64,000 nt of DNA, taken from positions 62,001 to 126,000 of the IMG/VR virus record IMGVR_UViG_3300031933_000215; one strand, given 5' to 3'. The translations under genes were made by a program, and so were the position numbers. The notes under the pieces were generated by a model, which ran no database searches, had not been told where the DNA came from, and saw only the letters and a list, made by a program, of their open reading frames with translations. How positions within the stretch are numbered: position 1 is the first letter of the stretch; each line of letters begins with the position of its first letter. This document shows positions 8,716 to 16,661 of the stretch, piece by piece.

Positions 8716-9642
8716 TTATTTCAGGGTGTCGATCACGAAGTTCATGTGGAAGTTGCGCATCTGTTCGTGACAGTACCCGCGTGTGCCAAACTGGGGCGAC
8801 CATTCAAAGAAGCCCAAGTCGCCAGTCTTGGTCCGATACAGATCAACCGACCCCAACCTGATGTCGAACAATTCGATCAGCGCTTCGATCTGTTCGACCT
8901 CGGTAGTGGTGAACAGGTCTTTATAGTCCAACAGCTCAGCAGGTGCACCCGACAACGGGGTGTTCAAATCGAGATTGGCTTGCCGGTATTCCTTTTCTTG
9001 AATCCCACGTTCGAGGGCGAGACGTTGGTGACCACCCACCAGCAGGCGATACTCCGCAGTAATGCCTTCAACGTACTCGGTGATCAGGATTTTGTCATGG
9101 GTGAATGGGCCGGATGCGCTATCTGGGTAGCGGTCTGTGAACACAACGTCGGGGAACCGTTCTTTTAGCGAGTCCATGGATTCGTCACAACACACCCTCA
9201 AGAAGTTATCCAACTGATGCGTCGGTACCACTGCTTGGTCACACCCACGAGCGCCGTTCTCGCGCTTCACAACGACCTTTCCTTTTAATGGGTGTCCGAA
9301 CTCAGACACACCCATGGCAAAGTGACCACGGCCTTCTGTGTGGTACAGTGTCGGGGTTTCCATGATCTGTTGATCGGCCATCAGTAGTCGAGTCATCTGC
9401 AACGACTTGGCTTCCCGTGTAAACGGGATATAATACTCACCCATCAACAACTGAGCCCGTTTGTTCACCTTACTGCTGAAATCAAAGTACCAATCGCAGT
9501 TTGCTTCCACCACGTCCCCGTCCTGTTCAATCACTGGGTTTTGGTGAATGACGTATCGGGTTTTCCCGTGGTAAAACGACGGCGGAAGGTAATGGATGTT
9601 GTCCACCCCTTTGTTATTAATGCCGATCACTACCGTTTTCAT
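8716..9642 (-). CDS. ATP-grasp ligase (RimK-like)
   Basis: VVVK..NGARG, ITEYVEG...EYRLLV, GSVDLY, FFEWSPQFG match ATP-grasp motif order; SD AAGGA. Confidence 0.75.
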   Translation of the reverse strand: MKTVVIGINNKGVDNIHYLPPSFYHGKTRYVIHQNPVIEQDGDVVEANCDWYFDFSSKVNKRAQLLMGEYYIPFTREAKSLQMTRLLMADQQIMETPTLYHTEGRGHFAMGVSEFGHPLKGKVVVKRENGARGCDQAVVPTHQLDNFLRVCCDESMDSLKERFPDVVFTDRYPDSASGPFTHDKILITEYVEGITAEYRLLVGGHQRLALERGIQEKEYRQANLDLNTPLSGAPAELLDYKDLFTTTEVEQIEALIELFDIRLGSVDLYRTKTGDLGFFEWSPQFGTRGYCHEQMRNFHMNFVIDTLK

Positions 9643-9669
9643 GAAATCGATTCCTTTTTCTTTTATGGG

Positions 9670-10047
9670 TTAGGTTTGGTTCAAAATGTCCGCCAGGGCC
9701 CGGGCCTGACTGATGGGGGTGGTGGCAAACCGATCCGACAGTAAATAGTCGTGGTCTTTGGTCAAACCTCTGAGTTCGTCAATGAGGTGTGGGTTTTCAT
9801 TTGCCCACTGTTCCCACAGAGCCCGATAGGCAAGGTACAATTCCTCGCCTTGCCAGTTTCCTCTCGGAGGTTTGCCTTTCCCAACGCGCCAGTCGTCCAC
9901 ACCGAGCACACCGTAGCCTTTTACAGTCAACTGGTAATGCTCTTCAATGGAGTATCCATCCGACAACCGAGCGACTAAAGCAGAGAAACGTCGGTCGCCT
10001 CGGGTTGAGAGTTCGTATCCGCCGAACCGGGCCCATCGGACTTTTTT
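9670..10047 (-). CDS. NADAR-like phage domain with no start codon for its N-terminal part; possibly reached by -1 frameshift from the polymerase gene
   Basis: Frame is open upstream of the track's TTG (9966): KKVRWARFGGYELSTRGDRRFSALVARLSDGYSIEEHYQLTVKG; FS...DG..S.E..YQ..K resembles the NADAR N-terminal motif. Confidence 0.55.
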   Translation of the reverse strand, partial: KKVRWARFGGYELSTRGDRRFSALVARLSDGYSIEEHYQLTVKGYGVLGVDDWRVGKGKPPRGNWQGEELYLAYRALWEQWANENPHLIDELRGLTKDHDYLLSDRFATTPISQARALADILNQT

Positions 10048-11921
10048 CCATGACTGGCCACAAAATCGGTGAGCAGTTCGTCCAGGGTTGGGGCACCCAA
10101 GATCTTCTGGCAGATCTCAACGGAGTTAACACGCCCTCCTGTGAGGTTGACGCCGACTTCTCGCCGATGATGCTCAGTGATACCCTCCATGCGAGAAAAC
10201 TCCATCACGCACGTCTCACGGGCGATGTTGAGCAACTGTGACACGTTGGGGTACGTGGATACGATGTCCAGGTCGGCTACGTGGGCAAACACCAACGTTT
10301 TATAGTCGGGGAACTCCTGCACGCACTTCAGACCGGTCGGTCCAGCCATGTACGATGGCAACGTCACGATCCAGTCGTCATGTCCGATAACGTGTTTGTC
10401 CAGCTCGTCCACCGGTTCGTCTGAGCTGGTGCCGATCACACACGCCGGTTCCCGGTTGAGGTACCAGAAGTGCATGTCGTCACACAGTCGTTTTGGGTTG
10501 GAGTTGAAGTTCTTGTAATCTGAGTTCTTGGCAAACATGGAGATGCTAGACGCCAAATCGTTGGTCTTTTCGTCCAACAATTCCAGCGCGATACTATCGA
10601 AGACGTTGTAGATACCGTATTCGATCTTGTATTTCTCCTGCATGACTTCGTGCCAGCGCAGACCTGAGAGATGGGAGGTCGGTTCAAACTTCAGCTTACC
10701 AAAGTCCACCGCCAGCTCCAACGTGTCCCCCACGACGGCCCCGGCAATACCTTCGCGATCCACCCGTTTCTTGTTGATGGTGTATTTGGGGGTACCGCCC
10801 GGGTTGGTGACCAGCTTTTCGTCGCACTCTTCCAGAAACTTAGTGATGTCCTCCGGTGCAGCGACTTTCTTACTGACCTTAAAGCTGAGTTCTTTGTCCA
10901 AGATGAAATCGAGGGCGTACGAGCTGTCCTTCCCGTTCGCTACCCGCAGGTTGCGGTAAACGGGCATGGAATCGATCGCCTGAAAACTGGCCGGGTGGGT
11001 CAGCCAGTTCCAACGGTCCTCAATGTTGATGGACATGGTCTTACCGGAGGCGGTGACTTTCTGAGCCGGACCCCGACGGTAGTAGCAGTATTTGTACTTG
11101 TCCGGTACCCGGGGGTCAGAGAACACCTGAGCGGGATCGATAGCCGCATCTTCCAATGCAGCGATCATGCGCGTGATATCGAAGTCCATGTTCCAGAAGG
11201 TGAAGAACTCCGGTTGCCATTCGTGTAGTCGGTTCAGGATGGTGATGACAATGTCCGATGGGTTATCCACCACCAACACTTCCAACTTGGTGTTCCGTTT
11301 CCGAAGCAGTGGACCGATGTACTGTTCGGCAAGTGCGTGGGTTTTACCGATGGGATCATCAACGTCCCCAATCCACGATTTAAGGTAAACCAGGGTCGCG
11401 TTTTCCTTACATGTGGCGGACATGCAAATGATTTCGCCGTCCTTGGAGTGGACGTTGGTCTCAATATCGCCAGCGGCGACTTTGTTGAAGGTGATCAGAT
11501 CTGGCCACCGCTGACGGTAGTCGGCTTTAAACAAACAACTGCTGGAAACGTCGGCCCCGTAGAGGTACGGACTACGGGCCAGTCGTTTCAGTGGCGGGTT
11601 CGGCCCGGCGGAAAAGTCCCTAAGGGTTTGGGCAATCCGACGCGGCAATTCAATTTGGGTACTGGAGTATTTCTGGCAATTACTGACGTACTCGTAGTCT
11701 TTCTTATCGCGGTGGGTTTGCCGTCCGGGTTGGGTTACCCAGAACGGACGTTCGTAATCTTCCTTCAGTCGCAGGTTCGGAACCTTGCGTCCGTCTTTTA
11801 GGTGGATGATCTCTTTGGCAACCAACAAATCGTGGTTACTACCGTCTTGGGCTTTAACGTAGGTAATGTGCTTTGGTTCGATGCCCAAAACATCTTCTTT
11901 GGAAAACGAGTTGTTAGCCAT
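9975..11921 (-). CDS. split family-B DNA polymerase: 3'-5' exonuclease plus motif-A subunit (phiKZ gp82-like), 648 aa
   Basis: ExoI GDIET, ExoII WNMDFD, ExoIII YNVFD, PolB motif A DLDIVSTYPN; motifs B and C absent; start MANNSF at 11921 with SD AAGGAG. Confidence 0.85.
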   Translation of the reverse strand: MANNSFSKEDVLGIEPKHITYVKAQDGSNHDLLVAKEIIHLKDGRKVPNLRLKEDYERPFWVTQPGRQTHRDKKDYEYVSNCQKYSSTQIELPRRIAQTLRDFSAGPNPPLKRLARSPYLYGADVSSSCLFKADYRQRWPDLITFNKVAAGDIETNVHSKDGEIICMSATCKENATLVYLKSWIGDVDDPIGKTHALAEQYIGPLLRKRNTKLEVLVVDNPSDIVITILNRLHEWQPEFFTFWNMDFDITRMIAALEDAAIDPAQVFSDPRVPDKYKYCYYRRGPAQKVTASGKTMSINIEDRWNWLTHPASFQAIDSMPVYRNLRVANGKDSSYALDFILDKELSFKVSKKVAAPEDITKFLEECDEKLVTNPGGTPKYTINKKRVDREGIAGAVVGDTLELAVDFGKLKFEPTSHLSGLRWHEVMQEKYKIEYGIYNVFDSIALELLDEKTNDLASSISMFAKNSDYKNFNSNPKRLCDDMHFWYLNREPACVIGTSSDEPVDELDKHVIGHDDWIVTLPSYMAGPTGLKCVQEFPDYKTLVFAHVADLDIVSTYPNVSQLLNIARETCVMEFSRMEGITEHHRREVGVNLTGGRVNSVEICQKILGAPTLDELLTDFVASHGKKSDGPGSADTNSQPEATDVSLL

Positions 11922-12054
11922 ACGGTCAATTGCTCCTTTTGGTCTCTGTAGCATTGACAGAACCGGTAGAGTTTCCAACGGCCTAGTTCTGGAGCACGCA
12001 TTATTTCTATGATTGTGCTTAAGCCTCAACGACCCACGAACAAGGAGTATACCC

Positions 12055-13359
12055 GTGTCTGAAATTTTACAAGTGTCGCAGGAATTTTTGAAAATCGGCG
12101 GCAACAAACAGCTTGGCGCGTTATTGCTGGCCAAGGTGGAAACCCTGATGGAGCGGTACAAGACCTCCAAGTTTTTGACCCAACCTGAGATGTTCGAACT
12201 GAACGAGATTATCAAGGGCTCTACCAACCTTGATGTTAAAGTGGAATACGTACCAACTCGGGAGTTGGTTTTTGGTATTTTGATACCTGGTTTCAACGGG
12301 CACAGTGGTACCACTGCCCGTCGGGGCGGTGCGCCAATCTCACTGAAAAGTCGTGAGATGCAGGAAAAGGTGTTGAAGTCCACCGTGGATCTGGAAAAGG
12401 CCCAGGTCACTGGAGAATTCACCAAAGTTCCATTTACCATGTTGATTCCGGAAAAGGTGTTCACGGGTCGGTATACGGCCGAGGAAGTTACGGCGGGAAT
12501 CCTTCATGAGATCGGTCACGCGTTCTTCTCACTGGCAACGATCGGCGAGTACACCTGGTTGAACTATTACCTGACCGATGGCATGGAAGTACTACTGGGT
12601 AAGAAACCCAACAAGTACCGGGTGGACATTCTCAACTACGACTACCTAGAAAACCAGATCACCGATCAGAAACAGCGGGAAAAGTTGATCGCCGACCCCA
12701 GTGAGAAGAACCTCCGGCGAGCGATCCTTGAAGTCTGCCACAAGAAACCCCGTAACCACATGACCAACCAGGTCACGCGTGGGGCTTTGAAACGAGACGA
12801 GCAGTTGGCCGACGTCTTTGCCATGCGGATGGGATTCTCGCGCCACCTGGCAACCTTCATTGACAAGATCAGTCGTGAGGGTCCGGAAGGCAAACGGTAC
12901 GCCCGAAAGCGCGGTATGTTCGTTACCATGGAAATCGTCAAGCTACTGAAGAACATCATCGCCGGCACGCTCGGGGCTGTGTTCACGATCCACACACTGG
13001 GCCTCTCAGGGATCTTCGCGTTCTTTTACATCTTCGGTAACAGCGTGGATGGCGACTTCGACAAAGACTACGACAACCCCACAGAGCGGATTGTTAAGAT
13101 GCGCCGGGAGGTGGTGACACAGATCAAAGACGCGGGTACGTCGCCGACTGAAAAGCTGGCACTGGACGAAGACCTCAAGGTGATCGACCAACTGCTGGAC
13201 AAGCGCAACCAGTTCGAGAGCGTCTGGGAGTCTTTGGGATACATGATCGCTCCACGTGCCCGTCGGGAAAAACACCGACTGAAACACGAAGAACTCCTGG
13301 AAAGTTTGCTCGCCAATGATCTGTTCGTGCAAGCCAACCGTTTCAATCAACACACTTAA
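12055..13359 (+). CDS. virion protein with zincin/M48-like metalloprotease motif and a hydrophobic segment
   Basis: GTG start with SD AAGGAG; ILHEIGH, DEQLAD, YDNPTERI; SQE site near the N-terminus. Confidence 0.7.
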   Translation: MSEILQVSQEFLKIGGNKQLGALLLAKVETLMERYKTSKFLTQPEMFELNEIIKGSTNLDVKVEYVPTRELVFGILIPGFNGHSGTTARRGGAPISLKSREMQEKVLKSTVDLEKAQVTGEFTKVPFTMLIPEKVFTGRYTAEEVTAGILHEIGHAFFSLATIGEYTWLNYYLTDGMEVLLGKKPNKYRVDILNYDYLENQITDQKQREKLIADPSEKNLRRAILEVCHKKPRNHMTNQVTRGALKRDEQLADVFAMRMGFSRHLATFIDKISREGPEGKRYARKRGMFVTMEIVKLLKNIIAGTLGAVFTIHTLGLSGIFAFFYIFGNSVDGDFDKDYDNPTERIVKMRREVVTQIKDAGTSPTEKLALDEDLKVIDQLLDKRNQFESVWESLGYMIAPRARREKHRLKHEELLESLLANDLFVQANRFNQHT

Positions 13360-13374
13360 CGATAGGGTACTATC

Positions 13375-13830
13375 ATGAAAGCAGCAACCGCCCTGGCCAA
13401 ACAATTGCGCCAAGCCGATTTTCCGGACTCTCATAAGCGTCAGCTCCGTGCGATGCATGTGGCTCAGGCACTGGCTTACCACTGCAGCATTGAAGGCTGT
13501 GACAACCTGGAAGCGGTTCGGGAAAAATACAACCCGATCATCAAGAAGATGGTCAACGACGTCAACGAGTTCCTGCCGGTTGATACCCGTCTGGTGAACG
13601 AACTGTTTGATCAGATGATCGCCAGCCGTCTGGAACTGCTGTACGGCGTTAAGAAGCCGGCCCTGTTGAACATGGTGCTCAATTCCAGCGCCCTGTCCGA
13701 CCGGGTTTCTGACGACTTCCACACGGTCGTTCGCAGTTACACCACGCAGCCCAACTTCGGGGGCATTCAGCAATCGGTGTGCGAATTGATGGCCAACGAA
13801 CTCACCGTCGAGGCCGGGGACGAGGCATGA
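13375..13830 (+). CDS. putative small head protein (phiKZ gp85-like by synteny)
   Basis: 151-aa ORF in the structural operon. Confidence 0.65.
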   Translation: MKAATALAKQLRQADFPDSHKRQLRAMHVAQALAYHCSIEGCDNLEAVREKYNPIIKKMVNDVNEFLPVDTRLVNELFDQMIASRLELLYGVKKPALLNMVLNSSALSDRVSDDFHTVVRSYTTQPNFGGIQQSVCELMANELTVEAGDEA

Positions 13831-14123
13831 AACGACCACCCGCACCGGTCGGGCGGTTGGGGTATCCACAACTCACCGATGAGTACCTCGAATCTTTGAT
13901 CGTCCATGAAGACCATCATCATTTTCCCCAAACCGGGGTAACGGTGTATTGTCTGGTGGTCAAGAACGGGTACTCGGTCACTGAGGAGGCGGTGTGTGCT
14001 AACACCGCCAACTTCGACCCGGAAGTGGGAAAACGACGCGCTCGCCGAAAGGCCATCGACGCTCTGTTGAAGCTGGAGTATTACCTCCTGCGACAACGGA
14101 TCTACGAAAACGACAAAACTTGA
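13827..14123 (+). CDS. N4 Gp49/Sf6 gp66-family protein (candidate Acb4-like nucleotide sponge)
   Basis: TVYCLVVKNGYSV.E.AVC....NFDPEVG...AR..A...L..LEYYLL; ATGA overlap with the upstream gene, SD GAGG. Confidence 0.75.
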   Translation: MKRPPAPVGRLGYPQLTDEYLESLIVHEDHHHFPQTGVTVYCLVVKNGYSVTEEAVCANTANFDPEVGKRRARRKAIDALLKLEYYLLRQRIYENDKT

Positions 14124-14139
14124 TTGGGAGTCCCTTTCA

Positions 14140-15345
14140 ATGGAACAGACATTTACCGAAGAGCAGGCACGATACCAGTCTGAACTCAAAACCATCAGCA
14201 CGGCCGTTAACTGGCTTCAGGACCTGTACGATCGAATCATCAACGATGGGGTCTCTCGTTACGACATCGAAGCCTTGATGTCCATTCGCAACACCATCAA
14301 CGACGCCGAGGACGTTCAGCTTGACGCAGTCCCGGCACTGGAGAGTTACGGAAGTGGCAGCTTCACCGACGAGCGCTCCAGTGTGAACCTGGACGCCGGC
14401 CTGGAAGGCATTGGTGGAACCATTGTCCAGACCATCAAACGGTGGATCAAGAAGCTGATCGACTACATCCGCAGCATCGTTCGTTGGTTCCGTAAGAACA
14501 TGCGCGATGAGGAATACCTCCAGTCGCGACTAACAATGCACAAGAAGGCCATCGATCGCATGGCCACCGGCAGTAGCGAGATGGCTACCCGTTACGTCAA
14601 GATTGATGAGCGGGAGTTTAAAGTCCAGCTCATGGAGCGTTGGAAGAAACTGCTGGCGGACTCGGGGATGGAATACACCCACGAAAACCTGGCGGTCTTG
14701 GGTCACCCGGACATGGTGAAGGAATTCAACGAACTAGTTCAACACACCAGTGGGTTGACCACCGTGTTCCTGAACATGACCCAAGGTCTCTACCAGTTCT
14801 TGGTTGAAACCGAGACGTCGCCAGATTCGTTTACTGCCGACTTCAACGTGTTTGACGGCATCCATCAGCAGAAGCTGGCGGTGGAGCAACTCAAACAGGT
14901 CCGTCCCGGCAAGACCATCGTGCGACACCATGACGCCAAGCGCAGTTACTTTAACAACGTAACTCCAAGCGGCGGTTTCCGTCTACCTACCGCACTGGTT
15001 GAAATCACCAAGTACGCGTACGTTTACGAAGCCATGGAAAAAGCGTCGGATACCCTGCGTGAGATCGAACGTAAGGTGGACGTGGTGGATGAAACTGGGG
15101 ACGTGGTGCGGATACTGAACAACGCTTCTCAATCGGTCGATGAACTGAACCACGTTGCGGAGTTCTTGTACCAGCACAACAAGGTCAAAATGAAGATGTT
15201 GAAGATGATCGCCGATTACGAGAACTACCGGTTCTCGGTGATCTTCAAGCGGGCCAAGGACAACGCGGTGAACGACTACCAAGAACGGTCGTTGGGTAAG
15301 ATCCGTAAAGAAGTGGAGAAGTTTCTGCGTGAGATCATGCAGTAA
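14140..15345 (+). CDS. virion head protein (phiKZ gp86-like), paralog of the next gene
   Basis: PALESY and AGLEGI cleavage motifs; colinear similarity with 15375..16622. Confidence 0.7.
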   Translation: MEQTFTEEQARYQSELKTISTAVNWLQDLYDRIINDGVSRYDIEALMSIRNTINDAEDVQLDAVPALESYGSGSFTDERSSVNLDAGLEGIGGTIVQTIKRWIKKLIDYIRSIVRWFRKNMRDEEYLQSRLTMHKKAIDRMATGSSEMATRYVKIDEREFKVQLMERWKKLLADSGMEYTHENLAVLGHPDMVKEFNELVQHTSGLTTVFLNMTQGLYQFLVETETSPDSFTADFNVFDGIHQQKLAVEQLKQVRPGKTIVRHHDAKRSYFNNVTPSGGFRLPTALVEITKYAYVYEAMEKASDTLREIERKVDVVDETGDVVRILNNASQSVDELNHVAEFLYQHNKVKMKMLKMIADYENYRFSVIFKRAKDNAVNDYQERSLGKIRKEVEKFLREIMQ

Positions 15346-15374
15346 CCACTGTTCCGGACATTGTGAGGTAGTGT

Positions 15375-16622
15375 ATGAATACTACAGATGAACAGTCGGT
15401 GTTGCTTCCCAATGAGTACGCAACGACACAAAAGTCGTTGGTGGCGGCGTTGGAATGGTTTTCTGATTTACACCAACAGGTGAGCGATCACGGTGTCAGT
15501 CAGGAGGAGGTGCGTGCTTTGGGTGATATGCTCGGGCACGTACAAAAGCTGCCGGCCCCAGAAATCACCGAAGACGACTTTGAGTTTACGCGCACGGTGC
15601 CTTGGGCCACCCCGGCGCTGGAGGCGTACCCGATCAAGAGCTTTACCTCGGAGCGCACCACGCTCAATCAGGAGGTGGCGCTCGAAGGGATTGCGCAGGC
15701 CATGGTACAGACGCTTCAAAAGCTGTTGCGGACGTTGTCGGCGGTGGTCGGCACCACTATGGATTACCTGAAGAAGGCGATTCGCAGTGAGACCATCAGT
15801 GGGTTCAAGTTGAAGAATCTGTACAACGCAGTACTCAAGGCAGCGGAAGGGGCGACCCAAATTGAAACGAAGTACCTGCACGACACATCGAGGATTGAAA
15901 AGGAATTGGTGAAGTATCGCCACAAGATCCTGGACGACTCCCCGGTCAAACGGACTCCGTTTCAGTTAGCTGCCTTTGGTGATCGTGAGTTTGCTCCGAA
16001 AGTCGAAATGACCATCAAGCAGATCCACGATTCAGCGCCTGCACTGGAACGCTACTTGACCCAGGTCAAACAAGTCCTGGGCCAACGTAACGCAACCAAC
16101 ACCGAGGCGTTATCAAACCACCCGGTGTTTCGCAAGCTGAAGGAACTGCGGTGGGACGTGGAGAACCTCTCGGAGAAATCCTCCAGTAAAGATTACGTCA
16201 GTACTCGACGGGGGTTGACGTATCTGACCGACGGACCCAAGCCCCGGGCTCGGTTCCCAGAGAAAGCAGGTAAGCTGGTGCAGTATAAGAAACAACTGTC
16301 CATGTTCGAACAGTTGGATCGACAACTCAACCAGATCTGGAAACAGAACCTGGTGGGGGACGGTGAGGATTTGAAACCGGTCTTGGAAGGTTTGCGAAAA
16401 GCCTCCCGGGCGGTGGAAAACCTTCAATCTGTAACGGAGTTCCTGTTCCGTTACAACCAAGCAAAACGCTCAGCACTGAAGGTGGCCTACAAACTGGAGA
16501 ACAAACGGTTTTCCATGATGTACGGTGCCGCTAAGGAAGCGGCGATTACCGAGCCTCAGAAAGAAGGGCTCCGTGAACTCAAAGACGAGTACACGCAGGT
16601 GATTGCAACGCTGTTGAGTTAA
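15375..16622 (+). CDS. virion head protein, paralog of the previous gene
   Basis: PALEAY...SFT.ER...N..VALEGI; FLF.YN..K and EN.RFS shared with 14140..15345. Confidence 0.7.
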   Translation: MNTTDEQSVLLPNEYATTQKSLVAALEWFSDLHQQVSDHGVSQEEVRALGDMLGHVQKLPAPEITEDDFEFTRTVPWATPALEAYPIKSFTSERTTLNQEVALEGIAQAMVQTLQKLLRTLSAVVGTTMDYLKKAIRSETISGFKLKNLYNAVLKAAEGATQIETKYLHDTSRIEKELVKYRHKILDDSPVKRTPFQLAAFGDREFAPKVEMTIKQIHDSAPALERYLTQVKQVLGQRNATNTEALSNHPVFRKLKELRWDVENLSEKSSSKDYVSTRRGLTYLTDGPKPRARFPEKAGKLVQYKKQLSMFEQLDRQLNQIWKQNLVGDGEDLKPVLEGLRKASRAVENLQSVTEFLFRYNQAKRSALKVAYKLENKRFSMMYGAAKEAAITEPQKEGLRELKDEYTQVIATLLS

Positions 16623-16661
16623 GGCATAACTGGCGGCCCCGAAGGGCCGCCACTATGTCCG
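16623..16661. terminator. bidirectional hairpin flanked by GGCATA and TATGTCC
   Basis: TGGCGGCCC-cgaa-GGGCCGCCA between convergent genes. Confidence 0.75.

Noticed and set aside
11922-12464. 181-aa N-terminal extension of the polymerase ORF in the track
   Set aside because: Overlaps the divergent gene at 12055; a strong SD supports the start at 11921
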